The notes under the pieces were generated by a model. The model did not search any database and was not told the DNA's origin. It was given only the letters and a program-made list of their open reading frames with translations. Position numbers and translations under genes: made by a program. Shown here piece by piece: positions 8,333 to 17,777 of a DNA stretch of 31,894 bases. Numbering within the stretch: the first letter of the stretch is position 1; each line of letters opens with the position of its first letter. This stretch comes from an uncultured Gammaproteobacteria bacterium (GTDB lineage Bacteria > Cyanobacteriota > Vampirovibrionia > LMEP-6097), in NCBI GenBank assembly GCA_964444015.1, contig CAYUFH010000003.1:9180-41073 (forward strand), given 5' to 3'.

Positions 8333-9310
8333 TATGCTAGGCCCAGTCCAAATCTTCTTGCGATTACTGATTTCCATCATCCTCTCTATAGTCGCTCTAG
8401 CAGGAGCCGCGATACGCTCAGGGATATTAATTTCAGTAAACTCTTGATCAATAGCGTCATAAAGATTTTCAAGACTGTGATATTTCATATTCGGACAGAG
8501 AGGTAGAGGAAATACAGTAGTAATGATTTTCTCTGGCATATCAGCTTGCATGCGCGCGACGAGACCTTGCTCAGAAAGTATCACGAAGTTCTTACTAGGA
8601 TTCTCCTCAACGAATTTATAAATCTGCGAAGTGCTACCAACGAAATCCGCCTTACGCCAAACCTCTGGATCACACTCAGGATGGGCAATAATCACCGCTT
8701 CAGGATATTCTTCACGCTGCTTGTCAACTTCGGCTGCTGTAATCTGCCAGTGGGTAGGACAGAAACCATCATAGATATGTAGTTTCTTGTCGGGGACTTG
8801 TTCTTGTACCCACTCACCGAGTCCCTTATCAGGAACGAAAATCACTTCACGAGCATCAAGTGAGCGCACTATATCTACAGCGTTAGTACTGGTACAACAG
8901 ATGTCCGATTCAGATTTAACCGCTGCAGAGCTATTGATATAACAGACTACCGGCGCACCTTCATGACTAGCCTTAAATAAACGCAAATCATCGACATTGA
9001 TCATATCTGCCATTGGACAGCCTGATTGTATATCTGGTAATAGGACTTTCTTGGATGGGCTGAGTAGCTTAGCAGTCTCAGCCATAAAATGCACACCACA
9101 AAATGCAATAATATCTGCGTCAGTTTCTGCTGCACTCTTAGAGAGCATCAAAGAATCACCGACGAAATCTGCAACGCGCTGTACTTCTAAGCGCTGATAA
9201 ATATGCGTAAGAATAACGGCGTTCTTAGTCTTAGCCAGCTCACGCACCCTATTAAATAACTCTTGCTTTTCTGCAGTCTTATCGACTACAGACCTTGCCA
9301 TTAAAGTCAT
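8321..9310 (-). CDS. nadA: Quinolinate synthase NadA
   Basis: DFVGDS, FCGVHFMAETAK, GCPMA, YINSSA, CPTH, HPEC and CPNMK motifs. The start could be 9310 or the nearby ATG at 9301. Confidence 0.95.
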   Translation of the reverse strand: MTLMARSVVDKTAEKQELFNRVRELAKTKNAVILTHIYQRLEVQRVADFVGDSLMLSKSAAETDADIIAFCGVHFMAETAKLLSPSKKVLLPDIQSGCPMADMINVDDLRLFKASHEGAPVVCYINSSAAVKSESDICCTSTNAVDIVRSLDAREVIFVPDKGLGEWVQEQVPDKKLHIYDGFCPTHWQITAAEVDKQREEYPEAVIIAHPECDPEVWRKADFVGSTSQIYKFVEENPSKNFVILSEQGLVARMQADMPEKIITTVFPLPLCPNMKYHSLENLYDAIDQEFTEINIPERIAAPARATIERMMEISNRKKIWTGPSIAKT

Positions 9311-9331
9311 AGTCTGGATAATTGTAGCGCA

Positions 9332-9997
9332 TTATATAGCTCCAGTATGATCACCATCATCGTCGGGACGAGGGAAGCTTGCAGGTTTTGGCTTTTGGAT
9401 TCTAAAAATTTTATCCATGATTGCACATATTTGCTCGTAAGATAAAGTTCCTGGGACATGTAAGGCATTGATGAGCTCGCCACGTCCAGTAGTAGTACTG
9501 TACTCAAGTGGTTTCAAAGCATCTATAGCGTCAGTCTTCTTGCTGTTCTCAAAAATAAGATATTGAGATCTTTGTTTACTAAAATTTCTTTCTAGGCATT
9601 CTCTTATTAAATTTTCGTCTTGAGCATCAGCAATAGTAAGTTGGATAGATCCAAGTTGTTTAGATTTTAAAAAAGCTCTTGCTCTTTCGAGGCGCTGATG
9701 GTCTTTAAAGTGAAAGTCCTTACTTGCCACGGCTAAAGGTTTTGGTGGTTCTAAATGAGAATCAAGTAATTTTGTTATAGCCTCATCAGTGATTGGTAGA
9801 CCATTGCTTGGTAGACCCGATACTTCTACAAGATGTTCAAGCAATAAGGATACATGGGTTAACCTTCCATCTTTAACAGCTGCAACTAAATAATCCGTTA
9901 AACGAGTTTGCAAGGGTGTTAAAACTCTTTCCGGACAACGGGTTCTTAATATTGCAAGTGATATGGCTGGATATTGCGATGTTGAGCTACTATGCAT
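9332..9997 (-). CDS. Hypothetical protein (ORFan-like, Ser-rich N-terminus)
   Basis: 221-aa ORF fills the gap; TATTAT is 10 nt upstream; no family recognised. Confidence 0.6.
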   Translation of the reverse strand: MHSSSTSQYPAISLAILRTRCPERVLTPLQTRLTDYLVAAVKDGRLTHVSLLLEHLVEVSGLPSNGLPITDEAITKLLDSHLEPPKPLAVASKDFHFKDHQRLERARAFLKSKQLGSIQLTIADAQDENLIRECLERNFSKQRSQYLIFENSKKTDAIDALKPLEYSTTTGRGELINALHVPGTLSYEQICAIMDKIFRIQKPKPASFPRPDDDGDHTGAI

Positions 9998-10197
9998 ACT
10001 TTAATAGATAATACTCTAGATTATCTGATTAATATTATATATGTATATCGAATTAAGTTTATCTAAATAATAATTACAAGTCCTAAATTATGCTTTAAGC
10101 TGAGCAGCAGCTGACTATTTATATTGCCTTAATCAAGCCCAATATAGCTGCATGTTAGAATCTAAGCCTGTCCTACGGGACATTAAGGCTCAAAACC

Positions 10198-10398
10198 ATG
10201 CCAGTACCTAAGAAGAATCATAGTCATCACCGTCAAGCAATCCGCAGGGCCAATTGGAAAGGCGTTTTGCCGACATTGGTAGCTTGCAAGAACTGTGGTG
10301 AGAAGCATAAACCACATAATATTTGTGAAGCTTGTGGTTATTACAATGGTCGCCAATACAGAGAAGTGGCTCTAACGGGTCCTGAAGCTCAAAACTAA
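10198..10398 (+). CDS. rpmF: 50S ribosomal protein L32 (Zn-ribbon form)
   Basis: MPVPKK...RRANWK plus CKNC...HNICEACGYY. Extended -10 TG-T-TAGAAT at 10153-10161. Confidence 0.93.
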   Translation: MPVPKKNHSHHRQAIRRANWKGVLPTLVACKNCGEKHKPHNICEACGYYNGRQYREVALTGPEAQN

Positions 10399-10415
10399 GT
10401 TATAAATATTAATAG

Positions 10416-11330
10416 GTGTTTTGTTTCGTTACGAAAAAACTAACTATATTACTATTGACACTCTTTATAACAGTGAGTGCTAGTTTCTTTTTGCTGCGCA
10501 TACTACCAGGCAGCCCATTCGATCAAGATAGAGCAATTGCTCCTGAAATTAAAGCCAATCTAGAGCGCCAATATGGGCTTGATAAACCACTTAGTCATCA
10601 ATATTTTAAATACATTCAAGGTGCAATCAAGGGAGATCTGGGACCTAGTCTTAAATACACTAGTCGCTCAGTGCAAGACATTATTGGAGCTGCTCTACCG
10701 ATATCATTAACCCTTGGATTCTTCGCTTTAGTGCTTAGCTTAGCTGTTGGACTTAGTGCAGGTATTGCAGCAGCTCTTAAGCCAAGATCAATAATAGGTT
10801 CTACGGTCTTAACTCTTGCAACGCTAGCAATGTCCTTACCCAGTTTCGTGATGGCAGCATTGCTGGTTACTGTTTTCGCTCTTAAATTGCACTGGCTGCC
10901 GGTAGCTTTACTAGAAGGTCCAGAGTATTTTATATTGCCGCTAATTACTTTATCGCTAGCTCCGACGGCTTATATCATTCGTATCACGCGATCAGCTCTA
11001 CTAGAGACTTTAGGGCAAGACTATATACGAACAGCGCTTGCTAAAGGACTAAGTAATAGAGAAGTGCTTATCAAGCATGCTTTGCGTAACAGTTTGATAC
11101 CGATACTAACAGTAGTTGGACCCTTGGCAGCAATATTAATAACCGGAAGTTTTGTGGTTGAATATGTGTTTGCAATCCCAGGTATGGGTAAATATTTTGT
11201 AACGGCATTTATTAACCGTGATTATTTTTTGGTTTCGGGAGTTGTTTTGGTTTTTGCGCTAATACTCTTGATAATAAATATGCTAGTTGAGTTGAGTTTT
11301 CCTCTGTTGAATCCTAAACTTAAGTCTTAA
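10416..11330 (+). CDS. oppB: Oligopeptide/dipeptide ABC permease OppB/DppB-like
   Basis: PGSPF, YGLDKPL, GDLGPS, DYIRTALAKGL (EAA-like), KHALRN and VEYVFAIPGMG motifs. Confidence 0.9.
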   Translation: MFCFVTKKLTILLLTLFITVSASFFLLRILPGSPFDQDRAIAPEIKANLERQYGLDKPLSHQYFKYIQGAIKGDLGPSLKYTSRSVQDIIGAALPISLTLGFFALVLSLAVGLSAGIAAALKPRSIIGSTVLTLATLAMSLPSFVMAALLVTVFALKLHWLPVALLEGPEYFILPLITLSLAPTAYIIRITRSALLETLGQDYIRTALAKGLSNREVLIKHALRNSLIPILTVVGPLAAILITGSFVVEYVFAIPGMGKYFVTAFINRDYFLVSGVVLVFALILLIINMLVELSFPLLNPKLKS

Positions 11331-11340
11331 ATGTCTTGGA

Positions 11341-11462
11341 TGGATTGCTTCGTCGCGATGCTCCTCGCAATGACGGACTCGGCTCGCGACGATGGACTAG
11401 ACTTGGCTCGCAATGACGGACTCGGCTCGCGATGATGGACTAGACTCGGCTCGCAATGACGG
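11341..11462. repeat. Family A arm followed by a tandem amplification with 43-nt period
   Basis: CTCGCAATGAC at 11364, 11407 and 11450, with variant cores CTCGCGAYGAT at 11383 and 11426. Confidence 0.9.
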
Positions 11463-11491
11463 AGAGCTGATTTCATATTAGAATGGTATGT

Positions 11492-11914
11492 ATGGCTGAC
11501 GAAAAAGTTGCACCCAAGGCTCTAGCATGGTTATTCATACTACGCTGGACTATCGCATTAATATTTTTTCTCAACGCATACCCTAAGTTCTCTGACCCAA
11601 GTTTTGGAGCAGCGGCTCATGATTATTTTTCTACATTAAGTGATGATATTTTGATGCGCGGGCATAATCCCTATACGAAAATTTTTCATACTTTGATACT
11701 TCCTAATGCTTATATCTTTGCTTGGTTGGTTAAACATGCTGAGATTTTTATTGCAGGAGCCTTTTTTATCGGTTTCCCTATGCGCATGGCTACATGGCTT
11801 GCTGTATTCTTGCATGCCAATTATTTTATGGTTGCAAGCATGCCTTCACTAATGTACCTAAATATTATTATGGTCGTAGCTGAGTTAGCGTGTTTGGCAA
11901 GTAAGGAAGGATAG
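11492..11914 (+). CDS. DoxX/DoxD-like membrane protein (track start 11483; 11492 preferred)
   Basis: Four hydrophobic segments with LRWTIALIFF...KF and AEIFIAGAFFIGFPMR. TAGAAT (11479-11484) is 7 nt before the ATG at 11492. Confidence 0.7.
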   Translation: MADEKVAPKALAWLFILRWTIALIFFLNAYPKFSDPSFGAAAHDYFSTLSDDILMRGHNPYTKIFHTLILPNAYIFAWLVKHAEIFIAGAFFIGFPMRMATWLAVFLHANYFMVASMPSLMYLNIIMVVAELACLASKEG

Positions 11915-13692
11915 TGATTCCACCGTCATTGCGAGCGAAGCGAAGCAATCCATTGTGGCATTACTTGTCTTTGGCTTGGTTCATTTCCCTTGCAATGACA
12001 ACGTTAACTCTGCTTCCCGCCAAAGCCACTGATTACTTGGTGAGCGATGCTGCTCCAGGGCGTTTCGGCGGGGTGCTGCGACTGACACATAGCGGACAGG
12101 ATCCTAAGACTTTAAATCCATGGATAGCAAATGATGCAACTAGTAGTTTTTATGCTGATATTTTATTTGAGGGTTTATTTACTCGTGACCCAGATACGGA
12201 TGAACCGCTACCGCGCTTAGCTAAATCATATTTAGTGAATGGTAAAACTATCACTGTGGTTTTGCGCCGCAATCTTCAATGGTCAGATGGACAGCCTATA
12301 ACAGTAGATGATGTTCTTTATACTTGGAATACTTTACTTAGAGACGGTGTCGCACAGAGCTCACTAAAAGATATCTTGATGGTTGAAGGTAAATTTCCTC
12401 GTTTAATTCGAGTTAATGACTATACTTTGCGTTTTGAAACTGATGAAGTTTTTGCGCCCTTCCTCAAAAATTTAAGTTTTGCAGTGGCACCGAAACATGA
12501 TATCGAAGCTTTCTTTAAGCGTCGAGGAGCGCGCACACACGCCCAGCAGCAAACAGCCTTCAATCAATATCTAGCTTTAGACACTGCTCCAAACGTGATA
12601 GTGAGTAGTGGTGCCTTCAAGCTATTACGTATCAAAAGCGGTGAGCGTATCGAGTTCAGCCGTAACCCCAATTACTATATAACGAATAAACTAGGCAAAA
12701 AGTTGCCTTATGTCGATCGCATAGTATTTAGCTATGTGCAGGATGATGGCGCTGATACTTTTAAATTCTTAGCTGGAGAATCCTATGAACTAAAAGTTAG
12801 TCCGAATAATGCTGCTCTAATTAAAAGCCTAGAAAAAAAATACAAATTCAAACTCTATGACTTAGGTCCTAGTAGCGGTACAAATTTTATTTGGTTTAAT
12901 ATGAGTCCAGCTTTAGTAGAGCCTCAGCGTTCTTGGTTTAACTCGACAGATTTTCGCAAGGCTATTAGTTATGCTCTTGATAGAGATAGTATGGTTGCTA
13001 ATGTATTTCAAGGTTTAGCAGCCCCATTATTTACCGCAGAATCTCTGCAATCTCCTTTCGTGCATCTTGATATTAAACATAAGCGCGATCTTAAATATGC
13101 GCGCGACTTACTAGCGAAGGCTGGCTTCAAACTTAGATCCCAAAGGAGTTCTAAGCCCATACTCTATGATAATAAGGGACATAAAGTAGAATTCAGCCTC
13201 TATACTAATGCTGGCAATCATGAGCGCGAGATGATGGCAAGTATTATCGCTGCTAACCTAGAAGATATAGGTATAACTGTTTACGTTAAAGCTCTAGAAT
13301 TTAATAATTTGGTTGCGCGTATTAGTGCTGGCAAGAACTACGAAATGGGTTTGATAGGACTCACTGGTTCTAGTGAGCCTAATGGTGGTGCTAATGTCTG
13401 GCGTAGTGATGGCAGATTACATATCTTCGATCAACGTGGCGAAACTAAAAGTCCTCTGCGCTCTTGGGAAAAAGAAATAGATAAATTATTCACGGCAGCA
13501 GTGCGCACTATGGATTTTAGTAGACGCCAGCAATACTATAATCAATTCCAAGAAATCATTTACAATGAGAATCCTCTTATATTTTTGGTTTCACCGCGCA
13601 TACTGATAGCTGGCTCAGACCGGGTTGGTAATCTAAGACCAAGCCGCTATCAAGGGATAATGCCTTATCTCTATGAGGTTTATATTAAATAG
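11914..13692 (+). CDS. ABC transporter substrate-binding protein, family 5 (OppA/DppA-like)
   Basis: DPKTLNP, LFEGL, WSDGQPITVDDVLYT, SSGAF, RNPNYY and YALDR motifs. N-terminal signal peptide ending AKA. Confidence 0.9.
   Translation: MIPPSLRAKRSNPLWHYLSLAWFISLAMTTLTLLPAKATDYLVSDAAPGRFGGVLRLTHSGQDPKTLNPWIANDATSSFYADILFEGLFTRDPDTDEPLPRLAKSYLVNGKTITVVLRRNLQWSDGQPITVDDVLYTWNTLLRDGVAQSSLKDILMVEGKFPRLIRVNDYTLRFETDEVFAPFLKNLSFAVAPKHDIEAFFKRRGARTHAQQQTAFNQYLALDTAPNVIVSSGAFKLLRIKSGERIEFSRNPNYYITNKLGKKLPYVDRIVFSYVQDDGADTFKFLAGESYELKVSPNNAALIKSLEKKYKFKLYDLGPSSGTNFIWFNMSPALVEPQRSWFNSTDFRKAISYALDRDSMVANVFQGLAAPLFTAESLQSPFVHLDIKHKRDLKYARDLLAKAGFKLRSQRSSKPILYDNKGHKVEFSLYTNAGNHEREMMASIIAANLEDIGITVYVKALEFNNLVARISAGKNYEMGLIGLTGSSEPNGGANVWRSDGRLHIFDQRGETKSPLRSWEKEIDKLFTAAVRTMDFSRRQQYYNQFQEIIYNENPLIFLVSPRILIAGSDRVGNLRPSRYQGIMPYLYEVYIK
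11925..11999. repeat. Complete family A element in frame inside the signal-peptide coding region
   Basis: Left arm GTCATTGCGAGCGAAGCGAAGCAATCCA (11925-11952) matches the 17710 copy at 27/28. Degenerate right arm ends TTGCAATGAC (11990-11999). Confidence 0.8.
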
Positions 13693-13767
13693 CTTTTAGG
13701 GGCTAAAATGCCCCCAAATCAAGGAACCTAGGGCTAATATGTTAATATATAATACTGCGAGCCCCAA

Positions 13768-14541
13768 ATGGCTCGTTATTTAGCTATGGCTATAGGTAAT
13801 AACCTAATTTCGAACGCCGTCCAAGCTGTTAAGGCCATGGTCTCTCAGACCGCAGCCCCTGTTGGGTTGCGCGAAATTATTACTAGACAATTCCCTGGTG
13901 CGCAAACCGCGGTAGATTCTGTTATTACGTTTTTTGATAAGATGCGCGAACTTAACCGTGCAGGTAAGGCTAAAACTGATAGTAATACCCTTGATAAAGG
14001 TGAGTTTTATGATGAAGTCAAAAATCTCAAAAAGACTTTTGCCGTTTCTCTCAACCCATTTCACTATATCTGGTCTTTTGCTAAATATGTTTTAGGTTTT
14101 GGGACTAAAACTGAAACTAGAGTGCAAGAGTTGGAGCGTTTCGGTGGCTTAGCTTCTATGCCTTATGGTCCGAATATATATGCTGTTGAAGCTTGTGAAA
14201 CCTTAATCAAAATCATTCACGATAGACAGCGCTATAAACAAAACCTACTTTCACGATTATTCTTCCCTAATAAACTTGCTACTGATCCTGTACTGAAAGC
14301 CGCTCAAGGAGCAATGAAAAGCTGGATTCCTAAAATTGCTAATCTAGAACAATTAAAAATTATTGCCAATAGACTTAAATATGATATGCCTGACTATATT
14401 TCAGAGGATCTAGGCAACTTTGCTCAGCGTCGCGTCAAAGAAGCTACTGAAGAGCTTGCTAGGCTTCGCCAGGGACCAGCGAGTAGCTCTAGTCCAGCTT
14501 CGACAGCTAGACCAGAAGCCATGCACAAAGCAGCACATTAA
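13768..14541 (+). CDS. Hypothetical protein (ORFan-like)
   Basis: 257 aa, Ser/Pro/Ala-rich C-tail, TATAAT at 13748-13753. Stop overlaps the rnpA stop (TTAA). Confidence 0.65.
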   Translation: MARYLAMAIGNNLISNAVQAVKAMVSQTAAPVGLREIITRQFPGAQTAVDSVITFFDKMRELNRAGKAKTDSNTLDKGEFYDEVKNLKKTFAVSLNPFHYIWSFAKYVLGFGTKTETRVQELERFGGLASMPYGPNIYAVEACETLIKIIHDRQRYKQNLLSRLFFPNKLATDPVLKAAQGAMKSWIPKIANLEQLKIIANRLKYDMPDYISEDLGNFAQRRVKEATEELARLRQGPASSSSPASTARPEAMHKAAH

Positions 14542-14930
14542 GAGAGCATCTTATTAAGCAAGCCCAACAACTGCTGTTCTAGACTTTTATAAGACCATTT
14601 ACTTGCTTCTTCTGGATTCTTAGGATCAGTAATAGAACCGCGCACGGCAATCACCAATAAACCTATTTTATAAAGTTGTTCTTGCTTCGTTGTATCCAAG
14701 CGATAAAGCCTATAAATCTCTCTTAATCTGCGTTTGACTTGATTGCGCAGTACGGCTTTCTTGGAGAATTTCTTAGATACGCTAAAACCAACGAAAGGTA
14801 AGCGTTCGGCACAGTCAGCACGTGTCGGCGTAAAATTGATAAGTAAATTAGCTGAACTAAGCTTCTTGCCTTTTTCGTAAGCCTGCAAAAACAAACCACG
14901 ATACTTTAGGCGTTCGGATTTGCTTAACAT
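14538..14930 (-). CDS. rnpA: Ribonuclease P protein component
   Basis: MLSKSERLK, VGFSVSKK and AVLRNQVKRRLRE (RNR motif); directly downstream of rpmH. Confidence 0.92.
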   Translation of the reverse strand: MLSKSERLKYRGLFLQAYEKGKKLSSANLLINFTPTRADCAERLPFVGFSVSKKFSKKAVLRNQVKRRLREIYRLYRLDTTKQEQLYKIGLLVIAVRGSITDPKNPEEASKWSYKSLEQQLLGLLNKMLS

Positions 14931-14942
14931 AAATAAAAACTA

Positions 14943-15077
14943 TTAAAGAGCGATTTTGTGACGACCTCTAGCGCGGCGACGGCTAAGGACTTTGCGGCCA
15001 CCAGGGGCGCTCATGCGTGCTCTAAAGCCGCTAGTTCTGTTTCTTTTGCGTGTGGTGCCTCTAAGTGTGCGTTTCAT
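14943..15077 (-). CDS. rpmH: 50S ribosomal protein L34 (missing from the ORF track)
   Basis: My translation: [44 protein letters not shown] (44 aa). TATAAT is 10 nt upstream. Confidence 0.95.
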   Translation of the reverse strand: MKRTLRGTTRKRNRTSGFRARMSAPGGRKVLSRRRARGRHKIAL

Positions 15078-15155
15078 GACTCGATTGATTATAACCTATA
15101 TGGACGGGTTGAGCGATTGTATCATTATATTGATATAATTTTCTAGAGTTAATAC

Positions 15156-16277
15156 ATGATACGTGACCTTAAACTAACCCAAATAATGCTGCAATCACTG
15201 AAGCGTGAGCCGAGTTTGTATAGCGCAGAAGATTGGGTGCATGCTGGTGATTTTGCTGTAGAACTTCGATTCTATCCCCATGCCTTTAACTGTTATCAGA
15301 ACGCATTAGCACTATCTAAGACTCAAGAAATTGCAGAGAAACTTAATGACATAGTCGATAAAGTTACTAATGTACTAGAAGTTTTACCTACAGAACTAGC
15401 CTTGCATATAGATGAGTTTAGGCTCAACAACCCTCTAGATCCAGAAAAATGGTTAGAGCTTTCAAATAAACTACTTAAACAAAATACTGAGTTCGTCGAT
15501 GGCTTCGATGCTAATCGCTATAACTCAGCGCGCATCGCTTTAGCCATGACCGCCTATTGCACTTTAAGATTAGGCGAGGATGTGACAGCGATCAACCATG
15601 TGCTCTCACAATTAATAGCTAAAGTAGACGCTAGCAATTTCAAAAGCCCCGTTATAGAATTCAAAGCTCAAGATCCAAGTAAAGCCCTTAAGGTAGTAGC
15701 TTACGGTGATCAAGTAACCTTAGGCTTGCAACCAGGATGGGAACTGCGCTTCGAAGAAACCTATCACTACCTCTGGTCGCATGATTCAGCGCTCAAAATT
15801 AATTTAGCTAATTGTGGTACCTCTGGTGCCTCTGCCTTAGATGCATTGCTTTACCTTAAACGTGATGTGCTTAATTACAAACCTGATATCACCATGATTT
15901 CTTTTGGACTTAATGATGCCTGGTTGGGGCATGCAGCTTTATTACCTTTCGAAGTTATAATGACGGCTGTTGTAGAACTGCTCAAGCCCCATACGCAAGT
16001 TCTATTACTTAGCCCAATTCCACAGATAGTAAGTGCTTGTCCGATTGAAGAAAAACCAACGAATGTCGATCTTAAAGAAGTTGAGATTCCTGCTTGGACC
16101 AATGCTCTTAAACGAGTAGCAATGCATACTGGTGTAGCGCTGGCTGATGTGACCGCAGAATTCCCTCAAGACTTAGAGCTGCGTCGTGCTTATTTGAGTA
16201 ATGCCTATAATCAAGTCAATCTCGCTGGGCATCAACTGATCAAGCGTGCTATAGATAAGGTATTGGTGCTCTCATGA
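15156..16277 (+). CDS. TPR-like N-terminus plus SGNH/GDSL-fold domain lacking catalytic residues
   Basis: TPR-like helices (W..AGDFAVEL..YPHA..CYQNAL). SGNH blocks AYGDQVT, GTSG, SFGLND and YNQVNLAGH. Extended -10 TG-A-TATAAT at 15131-15139. Confidence 0.75.
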   Translation: MIRDLKLTQIMLQSLKREPSLYSAEDWVHAGDFAVELRFYPHAFNCYQNALALSKTQEIAEKLNDIVDKVTNVLEVLPTELALHIDEFRLNNPLDPEKWLELSNKLLKQNTEFVDGFDANRYNSARIALAMTAYCTLRLGEDVTAINHVLSQLIAKVDASNFKSPVIEFKAQDPSKALKVVAYGDQVTLGLQPGWELRFEETYHYLWSHDSALKINLANCGTSGASALDALLYLKRDVLNYKPDITMISFGLNDAWLGHAALLPFEVIMTAVVELLKPHTQVLLLSPIPQIVSACPIEEKPTNVDLKEVEIPAWTNALKRVAMHTGVALADVTAEFPQDLELRRAYLSNAYNQVNLAGHQLIKRAIDKVLVLS

Positions 16278-17710
16278 CTTTAACCTCTTCTGGCATAACT
16301 TTAGATATAGAATGTATGGCACATGGTGCACATGCTGTTGCACACCTAGATGATGGCTTAGTAGTTTTTGTAGAGAATGCTTGTCCTGGTGATAAGGTGC
16401 AGGCTCATATCTATGATCATAGACGCAGTTTTGCCTATGCTGAGATTGATGAATTAACTAAAGCTAGTGATCTTAGAATGCTTAATCCACCTTGTAAGCT
16501 ACATAAAATCTGTGGTGGTTGTCAGTGGCAGCATATTAATTATGAAGAACAACTTGAGTTTAAGCGCCAGAACGTAATCGATTTTATTCGCAAAGCAGAA
16601 ATTAAAAGCACCCTACCTCTGCACATGCTGGTAGCACCAGTAATTGCCATGGAAGACCCTTGGCGTTATCGCAATAAAATAACTTACCCAGTTGAAACAG
16701 TAGAATCTAGTCAGAGACTGCTTGCAGGCTATTATAAGCGCAATACTCATGAGCTAGTTAATGTTAAATATTGCCCAGTGCAATACGAAGTCTTCGACGC
16801 TATTATCGAAGATGTCAAAGAATTATGCTCGCAAAAATACATCAGCAAACCACTATTGCGCCATATTAATTTGCGTGCGAATCATGATCAGTCTGAAGTC
16901 TTATTAACATTGATCGTACGTGAGCGTGAGCTAGCGCGTCCTGAAAACAGTGCTGTTAAAGTACGCTTGGAAGAATGTTTCGATATCTTAATGACGAAAT
17001 ATCCTCAGCTTAAAGGTTGTTGCCTAAATTATAATGATGGTTCCACCAATGTTATTTTCGGTGAGCGTACTATAGTAGTGCGCGGTCAAGGGTTAATCGA
17101 AGATAAGCTAGGTAACTTACGTTTCAAAATCTCACCAAATAGTTTCTTTCAGATTAACAACTCGCAGTTCCACAAAATTATGGAAGTGATTCGCGGTCAA
17201 GTTCAATCCCTGATTGATTCTGAAGAGATGAGTGCTACTGGTGCTGAGGTTTTGGATGCTTATGCTGGTATCGGTACTATAGCTTTATCATTAGCCGCCA
17301 GTTATCCTTTGATGCAAATCACTGCTATAGAGCAGGTGGATGCAGCCGTGCGCAATGGTATTGCTAATGCTGAGCTTAATAAAATTAACAGTGTGGAATT
17401 CAAAACGGGCGATGTTGAAGAGCATATTGAAGAGTTCGTAGCGCGCGCTCAGTTCCGCAGTGATAAAACTACCCTAGATTTAGTGGTGCTTAACCCTCCG
17501 CGCAAAGGTTGTACTAATAAAGTTTTAGATGCCTTAGGTAAAATTGCTCCACCGCATATTATTTATGTGAGCTGTAATCCTGTAACTCTTAGTCGCGATA
17601 TTAAAGAGCTAGAGAAGTTTGGTTATGAAGTTCAGACTATTCAACCGGTTGATATGTTTCCGCATACTTATCATGTGGAGACGGTCGCCAGATTGAAACG
17701 TGTCTCCTAG
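16274..17710 (+). CDS. rlmD: 23S rRNA m5U1939 methyltransferase RlmD
   Basis: TRAM domain, CKLHKICGGCQWQH Fe-S motif, YRNK, SPNSFFQIN, DAYAGIG, NPPR, YVSCNP and DMFPHTYHVE. Confidence 0.92.
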   Translation: MTLTSSGITLDIECMAHGAHAVAHLDDGLVVFVENACPGDKVQAHIYDHRRSFAYAEIDELTKASDLRMLNPPCKLHKICGGCQWQHINYEEQLEFKRQNVIDFIRKAEIKSTLPLHMLVAPVIAMEDPWRYRNKITYPVETVESSQRLLAGYYKRNTHELVNVKYCPVQYEVFDAIIEDVKELCSQKYISKPLLRHINLRANHDQSEVLLTLIVRERELARPENSAVKVRLEECFDILMTKYPQLKGCCLNYNDGSTNVIFGERTIVVRGQGLIEDKLGNLRFKISPNSFFQINNSQFHKIMEVIRGQVQSLIDSEEMSATGAEVLDAYAGIGTIALSLAASYPLMQITAIEQVDAAVRNGIANAELNKINSVEFKTGDVEEHIEEFVARAQFRSDKTTLDLVVLNPPRKGCTNKVLDALGKIAPPHIIYVSCNPVTLSRDIKELEKFGYEVQTIQPVDMFPHTYHVETVARLKRVS

Positions 17711-17737
17711 TCATTGCGAGCGTAGCGAAGCAATCCA
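17710..17737. repeat. Family A half element immediately after the rlmD stop
   Basis: GTCATTGCGAGCGTAGCGAAGCAATCCA; lies between convergent rlmD and tsaD. Confidence 0.85.
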
Positions 17738-17777
17738 TAATTTGCACTCTTGATTTAGAGAAGTTATTGTTCAAAAA

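Noticed and set aside
11341-11462. CRISPR array
   Set aside because: The linkers are only 8-13 nt and are themselves repeated rather than unique spacers; no cas genes; the core belongs to the dispersed REP-like family.
711-13741. Recurring T(T/A)GGG(G)CT(A/T)A motif in intergenic regions (711, 810, 4606, 10134, 13697, 13729)
   Set aside because: Orientation and distance to -10 boxes are inconsistent; I could not fit it to a sigma-28, sigma-54 or SigF/SigB consensus without a statistical test.
14958-15146. 62-aa + strand ORF
   Set aside because: Antisense to rpmH, which I identified on the minus strand at 14943-15077.
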